From a virus (lineage: Duplodnaviria > Caudoviricetes): a stretch of 64,000 nucleotides of DNA. Positions 9,660 to 19,996 of the stretch are shown here, piece after piece. Positions within the stretch are counted from its first letter, which is position 1; the number at the start of each line of letters is the position of its first letter. The notes below the pieces were generated by a model. It did not search any database. It was not told where the DNA came from and saw only the letters and a program-made list of their open reading frames with translations. The stretch is taken from positions 64,001 to 128,000 of the IMG/VR virus record IMGVR_UViG_3300023174_003901; one strand, 5' to 3'. Position numbers and translations under genes: made by a program.

Positions 9660-10758
9660 TCGCCGACTGGTGTGCGACACTTCCTGTGAGATACATGCAG
9701 AAATACAGCATCTGACAGATGATACATTTTGGGACTTTGAGCAATACAATCCTTGTGCCAACGATATTGTTGTACTGGCTAGACAAACTGTAAATCGCTA
9801 TGCAGACCGTGTAAAAAAAATAACTGAAATCTGTTTGCCTGTGTTGGCCAATCCTTCAGAAGGATCACAAACTCTTAAACTACAATGTCAACGATTGGGT
9901 CTATTAGATTTGATTCAACAAAAGAAGTTGCTGTTGGTAGGATGTGGAGATATGGAGCCTGAACTCAACTGCATGGTCTACGATCATTATGCTTACAGAG
10001 CAACTTGTTATGCAAGTAATACAGAACAGGGTGCCAGAGCAGACGAAATCTATAGCAAGTTGCACAAGCCCTACAAATTTTTGTTTCTAAATGGTCGCAC
10101 AAGACCGCACAGAAAATACATGATAGAACTCATGCGTGATGCTGGACTGTTGGATCACGCACTATGGACCAACTTGGATACTACCCCGGTATACAATCAT
10201 ACCTATTCAACTGACCTGTTTGAAAGGCCCAGTGAGATACGTCTGTTGCCCTCTGAATACGAAGTAGAACAATTTCATGCAGGGCAGAAAGATCAATATC
10301 AACATGCCTTTGTCAAGCACGAATTGTTTGATAATACCTGGGGTGACGTGTATATTCGTGCAGAGCCTTACATAGATACCTACTTCAGTTTGGTGTCAGA
10401 AACTGTGTGCGATTATCCTTACAGCCTACGCAGTGAAAAGATCTACAAACCCATTGCTATGGCACATCCGTTTGTGGCTGTGGCCAATTGTGGCTTTTAT
10501 CGAGACCTGCACAATGCAGGATTTCAAACATTTGGGCACTTGATTGATGAATCATTTGACACAATAGACAACAATCAAGACCGATTGAATCGAATTGCAC
10601 AAGTAGTACAAGACTTGTGTGCCAGTGATCTGGCAGAATTTCTGGTTGCAAGTCGAGCCGTAACTAAGTATAATCAACAACACTTGGCGGTAGAAGGAAT
10701 CCGAATCTTTCGAGAATTTCCTGACCGTTTTGTCAATTTTATCCAAAACAATTTGTGA
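9649..10758 (+). CDS. Conserved phage protein, possible GT-B-like fold (family member 1)
   Basis: LNGRTRPHR..YFSLVSET..SEKIYKPI..GFQTF..DESFD; shared with 18809 and 19977 ORFs. Confidence 0.5.
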   Translation: MLGNRRLVCDTSCEIHAEIQHLTDDTFWDFEQYNPCANDIVVLARQTVNRYADRVKKITEICLPVLANPSEGSQTLKLQCQRLGLLDLIQQKKLLLVGCGDMEPELNCMVYDHYAYRATCYASNTEQGARADEIYSKLHKPYKFLFLNGRTRPHRKYMIELMRDAGLLDHALWTNLDTTPVYNHTYSTDLFERPSEIRLLPSEYEVEQFHAGQKDQYQHAFVKHELFDNTWGDVYIRAEPYIDTYFSLVSETVCDYPYSLRSEKIYKPIAMAHPFVAVANCGFYRDLHNAGFQTFGHLIDESFDTIDNNQDRLNRIAQVVQDLCASDLAEFLVASRAVTKYNQQHLAVEGIRIFREFPDRFVNFIQNNL

Positions 10759-12086
10759 ACGATTTAGATTTTAAACAAGAAGTATTAGACCGATTCTCAG
10801 CCAGTTTCTGTGCGGCAAAATGGTATAACGCAACCATTTGGTTAGGAAGTGGGCAGACCACAAGTTGCCATCACCCGCCAGCCCATTTGGTGGATCTGGA
10901 TCAAGTCCGCGCCAACCCTAGGCTGTTGCACAACACTGATCAAAAGAAACAGGATCGTCGCAAGATGCTTCTCGGGGAGCGTCCCTCTGGCTGTGAGTAT
11001 TGTTGGAAGATTGAAGACATGGGGTCAGATGCAATCAGTGACCGTGTGTACAAAAGCAAAATATATCCTATAGAGGCCTTGAATGAAGCATTTAATACTG
11101 CACCCGATGCCGACGTCAATCTCCGTACCTTGGAAATTGCTTTTGATCGCACTTGTCAATTTGCTTGCAGTTATTGCAACCCTGCTTTTAGCACAACTTG
11201 GGCTAATGATATCAAACGTAACGGACCCTACACTAATTTGGTCAGTGATGGCCGCAACCATTTTACTCACACTCACGACAGTGCTCAGTTGTTTAAGATC
11301 ACAGAGAGTAATCCCTATATTGATGCATTTTTTGAATGGTGGGAAACGGATCTACATCATACCCTGCAGGAACTCAGAATCACCGGAGGAGAGCCCCTCA
11401 TGTCCCACCACACCTGGCGGCTTATTGACTGGTTTAAGAGTAATACGGGCAAGAGTCACACACGCCTGGCAATCAACAGTAATCTGGGCACCGAAGTTGA
11501 TATTGACCGACTGCTTGCCAGCACACAAGGAATGGCCATTGACCTATACACCAGCAATGAGGCAACGTCAACTCAGGCAGAATACATCCGTGACGGACTT
11601 GTCTGGGACGACTGGGCCAACAACGTAGAACGCTTGCTGGACTCCGGTCAGTTCCGCGGCATACATTTGATGTGTACCATTAACGCACTATGCTTGACAA
11701 CACTGGATCAACTGTTGGAAACCATGCTACAATGGAAAACAGAATATGGAAAGGATGCGGTGAGTTTCACATTAAACATCTTGCGTTTTCCGTCATTTCA
11801 ATCGCCATTGATTTTGCCCGATGATATTCGCACTGGATACATGTTGTTACTACGTGACTGGCTGTTAAACAACTGCGGCAGCGAATTCTTGCACGAGCAT
11901 GAGATTAATCATCTACAACGTCTGATAGACTATTTGGATGTGGTCAAAACTCCGCACTCAGAAGCATTTGATCGTCCCCGGTTGCTGAACGATTTTCGTC
12001 AGTTCTACACGCAGTATGATCAACGCAGGGGCAAGAACTTTACGGCGACATTCCCTGAACTAAAAGAATGGTACAACTCATTATGA
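10755..12086 (+). CDS. Radical SAM protein (twitch-like)
   Basis: CQFACSYC; TGGEP; N-terminal CAAKW..SCHHPP..CEYC. Confidence 0.85.
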   Translation: MNDLDFKQEVLDRFSASFCAAKWYNATIWLGSGQTTSCHHPPAHLVDLDQVRANPRLLHNTDQKKQDRRKMLLGERPSGCEYCWKIEDMGSDAISDRVYKSKIYPIEALNEAFNTAPDADVNLRTLEIAFDRTCQFACSYCNPAFSTTWANDIKRNGPYTNLVSDGRNHFTHTHDSAQLFKITESNPYIDAFFEWWETDLHHTLQELRITGGEPLMSHHTWRLIDWFKSNTGKSHTRLAINSNLGTEVDIDRLLASTQGMAIDLYTSNEATSTQAEYIRDGLVWDDWANNVERLLDSGQFRGIHLMCTINALCLTTLDQLLETMLQWKTEYGKDAVSFTLNILRFPSFQSPLILPDDIRTGYMLLLRDWLLNNCGSEFLHEHEINHLQRLIDYLDVVKTPHSEAFDRPRLLNDFRQFYTQYDQRRGKNFTATFPELKEWYNSL

Positions 12087-13747
12087 AAATATTAGGCACA
12101 ATAGATCTTGCACAGTTTTCAAAACAAGATTATGACACTGGAAAAAAATGGTTGCGAGACCAATTAAAAAATTTACGTAAAGATCATTTTGAAACAGACG
12201 AAAGAATCATTGTTGTTCATTCTTGGGATTACTATGTGAAAGAACACGAGCAGGCTGGGTTGATATTAAAAAATTTGCAAGTGATACTCAATGAAGAAGA
12301 TATATCCTGTTGTTTTGTTCAGTTACAAACTACCAACCCCAACATCGAACAAGAACTCACAGAGATACAAAAGATAAATGTAGATTATAACACCATAGAA
12401 CATCAGATAATTCCCGGACCATACGATCGTCAACTGTTGAATCGTTATCCCTACAGTAGAGAAGAAGAATATCAATATGGTTCAGCCAATCCAGTCAAGG
12501 TAAATCTTGCCAGTTTGTCTTTAAAAGAACAGCATCTATTGAGCCAAAGCAAGACTTTCTGTATGTATCCTTGGGTACACTTACACGCTTGGCCCAATGG
12601 GCAAGCATATCCTTGCTGTCACGCTGAATCAACTCCGCAATTTGGATCCACTAGAACACAGTCACTGGCAGAGATCTGGAATGGCCAGCCAATGAAAAAA
12701 TTACGTCAAGACATGCTGACAGAAACGCCCAACAGCACATGCACACGTTGTTATGAACAGGAAGAGTCAGGGTTCTTTTCTGGCAGACAAAGCAGTAACA
12801 AGCACCACGGACATCACGTGGATCGAGTTGCAAAAACTTTGCCTGACGGGCATGTTGAACAATTTGAAATGACATATTGGGACATTCGTTTTTCAAACTT
12901 ATGTAACTTAAAGTGTAGATCATGCGGGCATATATTTTCAAGCCAGTGGTATCAAGATCAAGCAAAACTTGCAGGACCCGAATGGAAAGACCGCAACACA
13001 GTTCTCAACTATGCAGGCCGCACAGAAACAGACATGTGGACGCAGTTAGAGCCACATTTGGACTATGTAGAACAAATTTACTTTGCAGGTGGTGAGCCAT
13101 TGTTAATGGAAGAACACTACAACATTCTTGAAGAACTGGTCAAGCGCAAACGTTTTGATGTACGACTGATCTACAACACCAACTTCACGCACACCGATCT
13201 AAAGGGCAGGTCAGTATTTGAATACTGGCGGCAGTTTGAAAGCGTGGCCGTAGGTGCCAGTCTAGATGGCATGGGACTGCCTGCTGAATATATTAGAAAA
13301 GGCACCAAGTGGTACGACGTTGTTCAAAATCGTCATCGAATGATTGCAACATGTCCCAATGTGGACTTTTATATTAGCCCCACACTCAGCATAATGAATG
13401 CATGGCACTTGCCGGACTTTCATAGAGAATGGGTAGCACATGGACTGATTCGCGCACAGGATTTAAATGTAAATATATTGCAAGATCCCCCACACTATAG
13501 AATAGATATTGCACCAACTGAATACAAACAACGCTTGGAAGAAAAGTATTTGAAACACCTATCCTGGATGAGCGACAGAGATTCGTTAAGCCGTGCCACA
13601 CAAGGATTCCGAAGCGCCATTGCCTTTATGAACGCAACAGACAACACACAACTAATAGACACATTCTGGCGCAAAACAAATGAGTTGGACGAAATTAGAA
13701 ATGAATCGTGGCGTCACGCATTGCCAGAATTGGCGGCATTAAAATGA
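12083..13747 (+). CDS. Radical SAM/SPASM-like protein with extra ~150-aa N-terminal domain
   Basis: CMYPW..PCC..CTRC; CNLKCRSC; AGGEP. Confidence 0.85.
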   Translation: MKILGTIDLAQFSKQDYDTGKKWLRDQLKNLRKDHFETDERIIVVHSWDYYVKEHEQAGLILKNLQVILNEEDISCCFVQLQTTNPNIEQELTEIQKINVDYNTIEHQIIPGPYDRQLLNRYPYSREEEYQYGSANPVKVNLASLSLKEQHLLSQSKTFCMYPWVHLHAWPNGQAYPCCHAESTPQFGSTRTQSLAEIWNGQPMKKLRQDMLTETPNSTCTRCYEQEESGFFSGRQSSNKHHGHHVDRVAKTLPDGHVEQFEMTYWDIRFSNLCNLKCRSCGHIFSSQWYQDQAKLAGPEWKDRNTVLNYAGRTETDMWTQLEPHLDYVEQIYFAGGEPLLMEEHYNILEELVKRKRFDVRLIYNTNFTHTDLKGRSVFEYWRQFESVAVGASLDGMGLPAEYIRKGTKWYDVVQNRHRMIATCPNVDFYISPTLSIMNAWHLPDFHREWVAHGLIRAQDLNVNILQDPPHYRIDIAPTEYKQRLEEKYLKHLSWMSDRDSLSRATQGFRSAIAFMNATDNTQLIDTFWRKTNELDEIRNESWRHALPELAALK

Positions 13748-14949
13748 ATTTGCCACATAGCAAATTTTGTGTGTTGCCTTGGGTCAGTTTAGAAGCATCT
13801 CCCATTGGGACTGTGCGCCCGTGTTGTTTGGCCGATGACGAAATTTTAGACAACACTGGTAACAAATTTAATCTTACTACTGCTAACTTTGCAGACATAC
13901 AATCTAGCAGTCACATGCAGAGCCTACGACAACAGTTTCTTGATGGAAACCAACCTGCTACTTGTCGCAAATGCTGGTCAGAAGAAGATGCTGGACGCAC
14001 CTCAAAACGCATGCACACCTTGGATAGACTCAAACACATGGGCATCACGGCCGAGTGGACTCACGACGCCAAGCCACTCATGTTCTTGGATCTCAAACTG
14101 GGCAACATCTGCAACTTGAAATGTCGTATATGCGGATCATGGTCCAGCAGTAGTTTTGCTGTGGAAGAAATTGCCAACTCAGTAGAAGCACATAGTAAGA
14201 CAAGTTTTGCTTATCAGATGTTAAAAGCCGGACGCTGGCCCAGAGAGAACGATACCTTTTGGGCAGAGATTGATACAGTTGTTGATGACATACGCTATAT
14301 TGAATTCACGGGTGGCGAGCCATTCATGATTGCAGAGCATTTTGATATGTTGCAGGGCATGGTGGATCGCGGTATTGCACAGCAGGTAGAAATACACTAC
14401 AACACAAATGGCACACAGTATCCTGAACACGCCATTGAAATCTGGAAGCATTTTAAAACAGTAGAAATAGCATTCTCCATTGACGACTTGTGTGAACGAT
14501 TTGAATATCAGAGGTCAGGCGCCAAGTGGGTAGACGTGCAAAGAAACATTGAATTGTTTCGTCAAATGCGCCAGACGCATAAAAACATTCAATTGCAATG
14601 TTGCTCCACAGTAAACATATTCAATGTGCGTTACATAGATCAATTGGCACACTGGATCAGTGTTCAAGGCTTTGACTTTGTGTACTGGAATATCATGCAT
14701 GACGCACCGTATTTTTCCATTGCAGCCTTGCCTGACTCGGCCAAGCAGGCCGTTGCTGAATATTTGTCAACAGCGCGGACAGGATACCAAAAAGACTTTG
14801 AGGGCATTGTAGATTTCATGATGCAAGGCCAATCAACTGATGGAGTTGAAACATGCCAGCAAATACAAAAACTAGATCGCTGGCGTAATCAGAACTTGAC
14901 AGATGTTGCACCCGAACTAGCCAAACTGCTAAATTATGTCAAAGCCTGA
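13744..14949 (+). CDS. Radical SAM/SPASM-like protein
   Basis: CVLPW..RPCC..CRKC; CNLKCRIC; TGGEP. Confidence 0.85.
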   Translation: MNLPHSKFCVLPWVSLEASPIGTVRPCCLADDEILDNTGNKFNLTTANFADIQSSSHMQSLRQQFLDGNQPATCRKCWSEEDAGRTSKRMHTLDRLKHMGITAEWTHDAKPLMFLDLKLGNICNLKCRICGSWSSSSFAVEEIANSVEAHSKTSFAYQMLKAGRWPRENDTFWAEIDTVVDDIRYIEFTGGEPFMIAEHFDMLQGMVDRGIAQQVEIHYNTNGTQYPEHAIEIWKHFKTVEIAFSIDDLCERFEYQRSGAKWVDVQRNIELFRQMRQTHKNIQLQCCSTVNIFNVRYIDQLAHWISVQGFDFVYWNIMHDAPYFSIAALPDSAKQAVAEYLSTARTGYQKDFEGIVDFMMQGQSTDGVETCQQIQKLDRWRNQNLTDVAPELAKLLNYVKA

Positions 14950-16225
14950 TACCATGTGTTTGGCACCCTGGGTGCATACATATCTTTCACCGCAAACCGA
15001 GCGCAGAATATGTTGTGCGTCACGTGAACCTGCACAGAACTTTAAACAGTACATAGATACGTCAGCAGGCACAGGTCAGTACATACCCGTGACTCTTGAG
15101 GCGCATTGGAATTCAGAGCATATGAAAAGTGTGCGTCGTAGAATGATGGCTGGAGAAACTCTTCCAGAATGCGAAGTATGCAATGATAAACTACTTAACA
15201 CATCCGTATATCGCGATTATTTTTCACAATTGTTCGGCAGAAGACTTGATCGAGTATGGGATAGTACTGACCCAGATGGATCGACTACTATGCGCCCTGT
15301 GTCGTGGGATTATAGGTTCAGCAACCTGTGCAACTTTAAATGCAGAACCTGTGGAGACATGTTATCCTCGGCCTGGGAAAGTGAGCAGAAACAACATAAT
15401 ATGGTCAACTGGGCTGATCCAAAAAATAATTGGATGCGAGCAGATATACGCGGAGAAATACAATCATTCCAGCAAGATCAAATTGAAAGCGAATTCAGTA
15501 GTGCTGTGGAGCAACACCTGGTAGAAGAAGTATACTGGGTGGGCGGCGAGCCGCTGATGTATGAACAGCACTGGCGTTATATGAAAAGAATTGTGGAGTT
15601 AGGAGATGGATCTAAACTATATGCCAGATACAATACCAACCTTAGCAGAATTAATTATCGCGGCACTGATCTTTTTGGTGATATTCTCAGCCATGTCCGA
15701 GACTGGCAAATATGTGCTAGCCTGGATGGAACTAACGAGATTGGGGAATATATTCGTACAGGATTGAATTATGAACAGTTCTGTCGTAATTTTGAACACG
15801 GCCTACAGTACGCAACACACCCCAGACAAATGCGTCTTGATTTTACACTCACTCTCCCTGGAATGTTCGAAGTTGATGCAATGGAGGCATTATCACAGAA
15901 GTATGGAGTACAACTGTTAGCCAAAGTTATATTCAGTTTCTCACCAGATATCATTATGAGTCCATTGGCCCTGCCTAGAGAGTTATTAGATTCATGGGTT
16001 GACGAACTAGCAGGCCGCTCCGCAGGTGCCATGCGTGATGTACTGCTACAATTAAAACAGCGTCCGACATTTGAGGAACAATGGCCGGATCAATACCAAG
16101 CAGGGCTGAGTAAAGGCAAAGCCCGTGTGTTACGACTAGAGCAAATAAGAACACAAAGTGTGACAATGACAGATATCCTGGGCGCACGTCCAGAAGTACT
16201 AGAATGGTGGATGAAAATTGCTTGA
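14936..16225 (+). CDS. Radical SAM/SPASM-like protein
   Basis: CLAPW..ICC..CEVC; CNFKCRTC; VGGEP. Confidence 0.85.
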   Translation: MSKPDTMCLAPWVHTYLSPQTERRICCASREPAQNFKQYIDTSAGTGQYIPVTLEAHWNSEHMKSVRRRMMAGETLPECEVCNDKLLNTSVYRDYFSQLFGRRLDRVWDSTDPDGSTTMRPVSWDYRFSNLCNFKCRTCGDMLSSAWESEQKQHNMVNWADPKNNWMRADIRGEIQSFQQDQIESEFSSAVEQHLVEEVYWVGGEPLMYEQHWRYMKRIVELGDGSKLYARYNTNLSRINYRGTDLFGDILSHVRDWQICASLDGTNEIGEYIRTGLNYEQFCRNFEHGLQYATHPRQMRLDFTLTLPGMFEVDAMEALSQKYGVQLLAKVIFSFSPDIIMSPLALPRELLDSWVDELAGRSAGAMRDVLLQLKQRPTFEEQWPDQYQAGLSKGKARVLRLEQIRTQSVTMTDILGARPEVLEWWMKIA

Positions 16226-17255
16226 CCAAATTGAAATAGACTTATGTGGTAATAACGATCAATTATTGACTGTGTACATAGACGTTGCGGACAACAGTCT
16301 CAGCCGTAAATGGCTGGCCGCACTGAATGATATTGTTCAGAATGATCTACATTTAGAAAAGAATTATTGTTGGCTGGGCTGGGCAGAAAGTGCTCGTTCG
16401 GCAGAGTATTTGTGTACACAGATCAACCGATCAATTAATGTCATCAACTCCAGCAGTTTAGATTATCGCATACAAGACTTCTTTAGTCCCAGCAACGTGA
16501 TCGAAACAAATTTAGGCATCAATCACAGCAAAATGAATCAGTTGCATCGTTACTTTGAAGACTTACAAGGTACAGCAGGTGCAATGAGCCCTTACTACAA
16601 TCAAGCAGATGATTACACACGATGGCATATACGCCAATTAAATTTGTTGTGCCATGAACTAGAAAGTTTGGTCCTCAGCATGCGTAAAGCAAAAACTGCT
16701 CCAGAGTGGCGCAGGCCTAGCCAACTCATGTGTTGGTTAAATGCTCCGAGATTTGAATTAGAGGCGGAAGATTATGATCTCTTTGGTATCGATACTATTA
16801 ATCGTTGTATGGGCGGTGTGTATGTGGGAGTTAACAAAGCAGTGGGCAAGCACCATTGGGAAGTGTTCCAGGATGAAGGAAGGGATAGCCGTATTGGCGA
16901 ACTTATTACTACAAGTTTGCGGTCGCAAACTCAAGCCGCTGGGGACTTTGATATTGAATGGTCACGTGATCCCGGCGCATACCCTTGGCAAATCCAACAT
17001 CTGGCAGAGTTTCGAGAATGGCTTGAACGGAATGGATTCGACCCAGATGAACCGAGTCTTACAATCGGCCACCCTCAAGTCGGGTCGGTTGATCTCCAGA
17101 GGTCGTTTGGTACAGAAAACTGGGAAAACATATACTCGCAATTGAGTCAGCATCAAGACGTGTATAAAATACGTACCAGCACAGCCGAGGCTACATACAA
17201 CTACCACTGGAGTGATCCAGATTATACCGAACAACAAATTAGGAGTTTAAAATGA
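16218..17255 (+). CDS. Hypothetical protein
   Basis: 345-aa ORF coupled within the operon. Confidence 0.7.
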   Translation: MLDQIEIDLCGNNDQLLTVYIDVADNSLSRKWLAALNDIVQNDLHLEKNYCWLGWAESARSAEYLCTQINRSINVINSSSLDYRIQDFFSPSNVIETNLGINHSKMNQLHRYFEDLQGTAGAMSPYYNQADDYTRWHIRQLNLLCHELESLVLSMRKAKTAPEWRRPSQLMCWLNAPRFELEAEDYDLFGIDTINRCMGGVYVGVNKAVGKHHWEVFQDEGRDSRIGELITTSLRSQTQAAGDFDIEWSRDPGAYPWQIQHLAEFREWLERNGFDPDEPSLTIGHPQVGSVDLQRSFGTENWENIYSQLSQHQDVYKIRTSTAEATYNYHWSDPDYTEQQIRSLK

Positions 17256-17353
17256 ATTGGTTTAAAAGACTTTGGTCAAGAATTACACTAGAAATACGCT
17301 ATCGTAAAAAACTAAAAGAACTACGCAAACGAGATCCATTTATCTACAAATGA
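17252..17353 (+). CDS. 33-aa basic/aromatic peptide MNWFKRLWSRITLEIRYRKKLKELRKRDPFIYK
   Basis: ATGA overlap at both ends; GGAG upstream; not in ORF track. Confidence 0.75.
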   Translation: MNWFKRLWSRITLEIRYRKKLKELRKRDPFIYK

Positions 17354-18825
17354 ATATCTTAGGTATTTCGGCAGGCTTTCATGATGCGGCTGCCACAGTC
17401 ATAAGTCCCGACGGGGAGATACTGTTCGCTGGCCATTCGGAGCGATATAGCAAAAAGAAAAATGACCCTGACCTACATGCGCATCTATTGCAAGATGCAT
17501 ATTTTTGCGGGCTGGTTGGACATACTGCCTATTACGAACGCCCTTGGAACAAACAATTTAGACAATGGTACGCAGGTCAAGGCATTGAATGGCACAAGAT
17601 AACAACACGACAAATACTTGAACAGCAACTGGGATCGGTTCCGCGTAGTTACAGCAGTCATAATCATCATTTGAGCCATGCGGCAGCAGGGTTTCAAACC
17701 AGCCCATTTGAACGTGCCACAGTTGTGGTCGTAGACGCTATAGGTGAATGGGATACCATCAGCATATGGGGTGCAACGTATGATCAACAGGGTCGAGCAC
17801 GGTATAAGAGACTATGGCGGCAGGTTTATCCGCACAGCATTGGACTGTTCTATAGTGCTGTTACTCAACGAGTTGGCCTGCACCCACTGGACGAAGAATA
17901 CATCACCATGGGCATGGCTGCCTGGGGCAAAAATCTCTGGTATCATGACATGCGTGAGCACGTGATTGCCAACGAGCGTGATATTGAATTACGACACAAC
18001 TTTCACACAGGCATGAGCGAAGATTTTCTAGTGGGTGCCAGCAATGAAAACATTGCGGCCGCTGGGCAAATGGTAGCAGAGGATCTTATTCGACAAGTAA
18101 TGATTCGTGCTAGAAACACGGGTTTTAGTCAAAATCTGGTATATATGGGTGGAGTGGCTTTGAACTGCACAGCCAATCGTATGCTAGGAGAATACTTTGA
18201 GAATATTTGGATTATGCCTTGTCCTGGTGATGCCGGTAGTAGCCTTGGTGCTGCCGCTTTGGCTCTTGGACGTAGAATTAACTGGACCAGTGCTAGTCTC
18301 GGGCATGATATTCCTGGGCCTTATCCCGTTAATGGCCTTTTGGATCGGTTACTTACTGAACAGATTGTGGGAGTTGCCTCCGGAAGAGCCGAGTTCGGTC
18401 CCCGCGCACTGGGAAACCGTAGCCTCCTTGCAGACCCTAGAGGCAGCACGATCAAGGAGAAAGTAAATGAAATCAAACGTAGACAACAGTTCAGACCCTT
18501 TGCGCCTGTTATTCTGGAGGAGTTGGCTGACACTTACTTTGACATGCCTTGCGGCTTCGGTCACAGTAGGTATATGCAGTCAATCGCTCGTTGTAGGGTT
18601 CCTGAGTTATTTCCTGCTATCGTTCATGTTGACAATACCAGTCGTGTACAGACTGTGCCAAAGGACGGATCTGGCATTAGAGAACTGCTGGAAAAATGGT
18701 ATGTGTTAACTGGTTGTCCTATGTTGCTTAACACGTCATTGAACATACGTGGAGAACCCATGGTCAACGATCGAGCAGATGCTGATCGTTTTGAACAGTT
18801 GTACGGCGTCAAAGTTTGTAGTTGA
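17350..18825 (+). CDS. Carbamoyltransferase (NodU/CmcH/TobZ family)
   Basis: FHDAAA, HHLSHAA, GRAEFGPRALGNRS, LNTSLN.RGEP. Confidence 0.92.
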   Translation: MNILGISAGFHDAAATVISPDGEILFAGHSERYSKKKNDPDLHAHLLQDAYFCGLVGHTAYYERPWNKQFRQWYAGQGIEWHKITTRQILEQQLGSVPRSYSSHNHHLSHAAAGFQTSPFERATVVVVDAIGEWDTISIWGATYDQQGRARYKRLWRQVYPHSIGLFYSAVTQRVGLHPLDEEYITMGMAAWGKNLWYHDMREHVIANERDIELRHNFHTGMSEDFLVGASNENIAAAGQMVAEDLIRQVMIRARNTGFSQNLVYMGGVALNCTANRMLGEYFENIWIMPCPGDAGSSLGAAALALGRRINWTSASLGHDIPGPYPVNGLLDRLLTEQIVGVASGRAEFGPRALGNRSLLADPRGSTIKEKVNEIKRRQQFRPFAPVILEELADTYFDMPCGFGHSRYMQSIARCRVPELFPAIVHVDNTSRVQTVPKDGSGIRELLEKWYVLTGCPMLLNTSLNIRGEPMVNDRADADRFEQLYGVKVCS

Positions 18826-19996
18826 TACGATCGACCACTGCTTGTAGTCTATGCCGCATGCCTGCCGCAAACACCTGATGATTGTGTTGTATTTCGGGTC
18901 TTAATTCATGGTAGATTGAGTGCAACTCTGACAAAGGTTTTGCACACAAACTCTTGGTAAGTGCCAGCACAGCCTCAAATCTTTCTTGATTGTTTTCAAT
19001 TGAATCGTAGTGTTCATCTATCACACGTCCAAATGTTTTGTATCCTAGATTACGCAGGTGCGCCAGGTGATTGTGACTACTCACCGCCACAAAGAATTGA
19101 TTGTTGAATATGGGCTTGAATGTTTTTTCTGTTATAAATTGACCACCTGAGTTGTCTATATCAATCATGGTCTCCAACACAATGTTAAAATAACTGTTAT
19201 TATAAAGGTCAGTCATGTTTGCAGTATAGTTGTTGTGAGCATCTGCATCTAGGTCATCCACACGAAATGGACCTGCTGTAATAAATTGATCGACTTGAGT
19301 TTGTTTGCTGGCCAAATAATCATTGCGCAACGCACAACCAAAGTAGTCATCCTCTCCGCCTAGCAAGTGCTGAGTGTAACTAAAGTATCCATTATGATGT
19401 AATCCATTGGTCCACAATTCACTCATGAACACTTTACGCCATAGTTTATCTATTCTACACAGGCCAGTGAACGCTTGGCTTCTTGGTTGTGAATGATATT
19501 GGGCACCTGCTGATTGATCCACAGTGCGCCAGTACATAAATTCCAGTTCAGGCCAATACACACAACCAGGCACTGAATCTGCTGAACTGTTGCCGCTTAT
19601 TAACCATACTTGTTCAGGATCTATTCCATGATTTGCACACAGTTGATTGATGCGTTCTCGCATGTGAACAGGATTATCGCCCTCGTGATAGGTAAACACC
19701 AACTGCATTTGTTTTTGTTGTATGCGAGTATATGCTGTAGAACTGATCATTGCAAGATAATCTGCGTAAAAATCAAAAAACCCAATTACCACTGGATACC
19801 AGGCACCGGGCGGTGCTTGCTCAGTTTCTACTATTTGTTGAGGAATACGGCACTGATGTAGATAATATATGATTCTAGGATAATCCAGTCGATGTCCGTC
19901 CATCTGTTCAATCAAATGATGTTGCTCTAATGGAATACCATTGGGCATGGGCCTGCCTGTCGCAGGATCTCTATGATCAATTGCTAGATAGATCAC
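18809..19996 (-). CDS. Conserved phage protein, possible GT-B-like (family member 2)
   Basis: YFNIVLET..ITEKTFKPI..GYKTF..DEHYD. Confidence 0.5.
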   Translation of the reverse strand: MIYLAIDHRDPATGRPMPNGIPLEQHHLIEQMDGHRLDYPRIIYYLHQCRIPQQIVETEQAPPGAWYPVVIGFFDFYADYLAMISSTAYTRIQQKQMQLVFTYHEGDNPVHMRERINQLCANHGIDPEQVWLISGNSSADSVPGCVYWPELEFMYWRTVDQSAGAQYHSQPRSQAFTGLCRIDKLWRKVFMSELWTNGLHHNGYFSYTQHLLGGEDDYFGCALRNDYLASKQTQVDQFITAGPFRVDDLDADAHNNYTANMTDLYNNSYFNIVLETMIDIDNSGGQFITEKTFKPIFNNQFFVAVSSHNHLAHLRNLGYKTFGRVIDEHYDSIENNQERFEAVLALTKSLCAKPLSELHSIYHELRPEIQHNHQVFAAGMRHRLQAVVDRINYKL

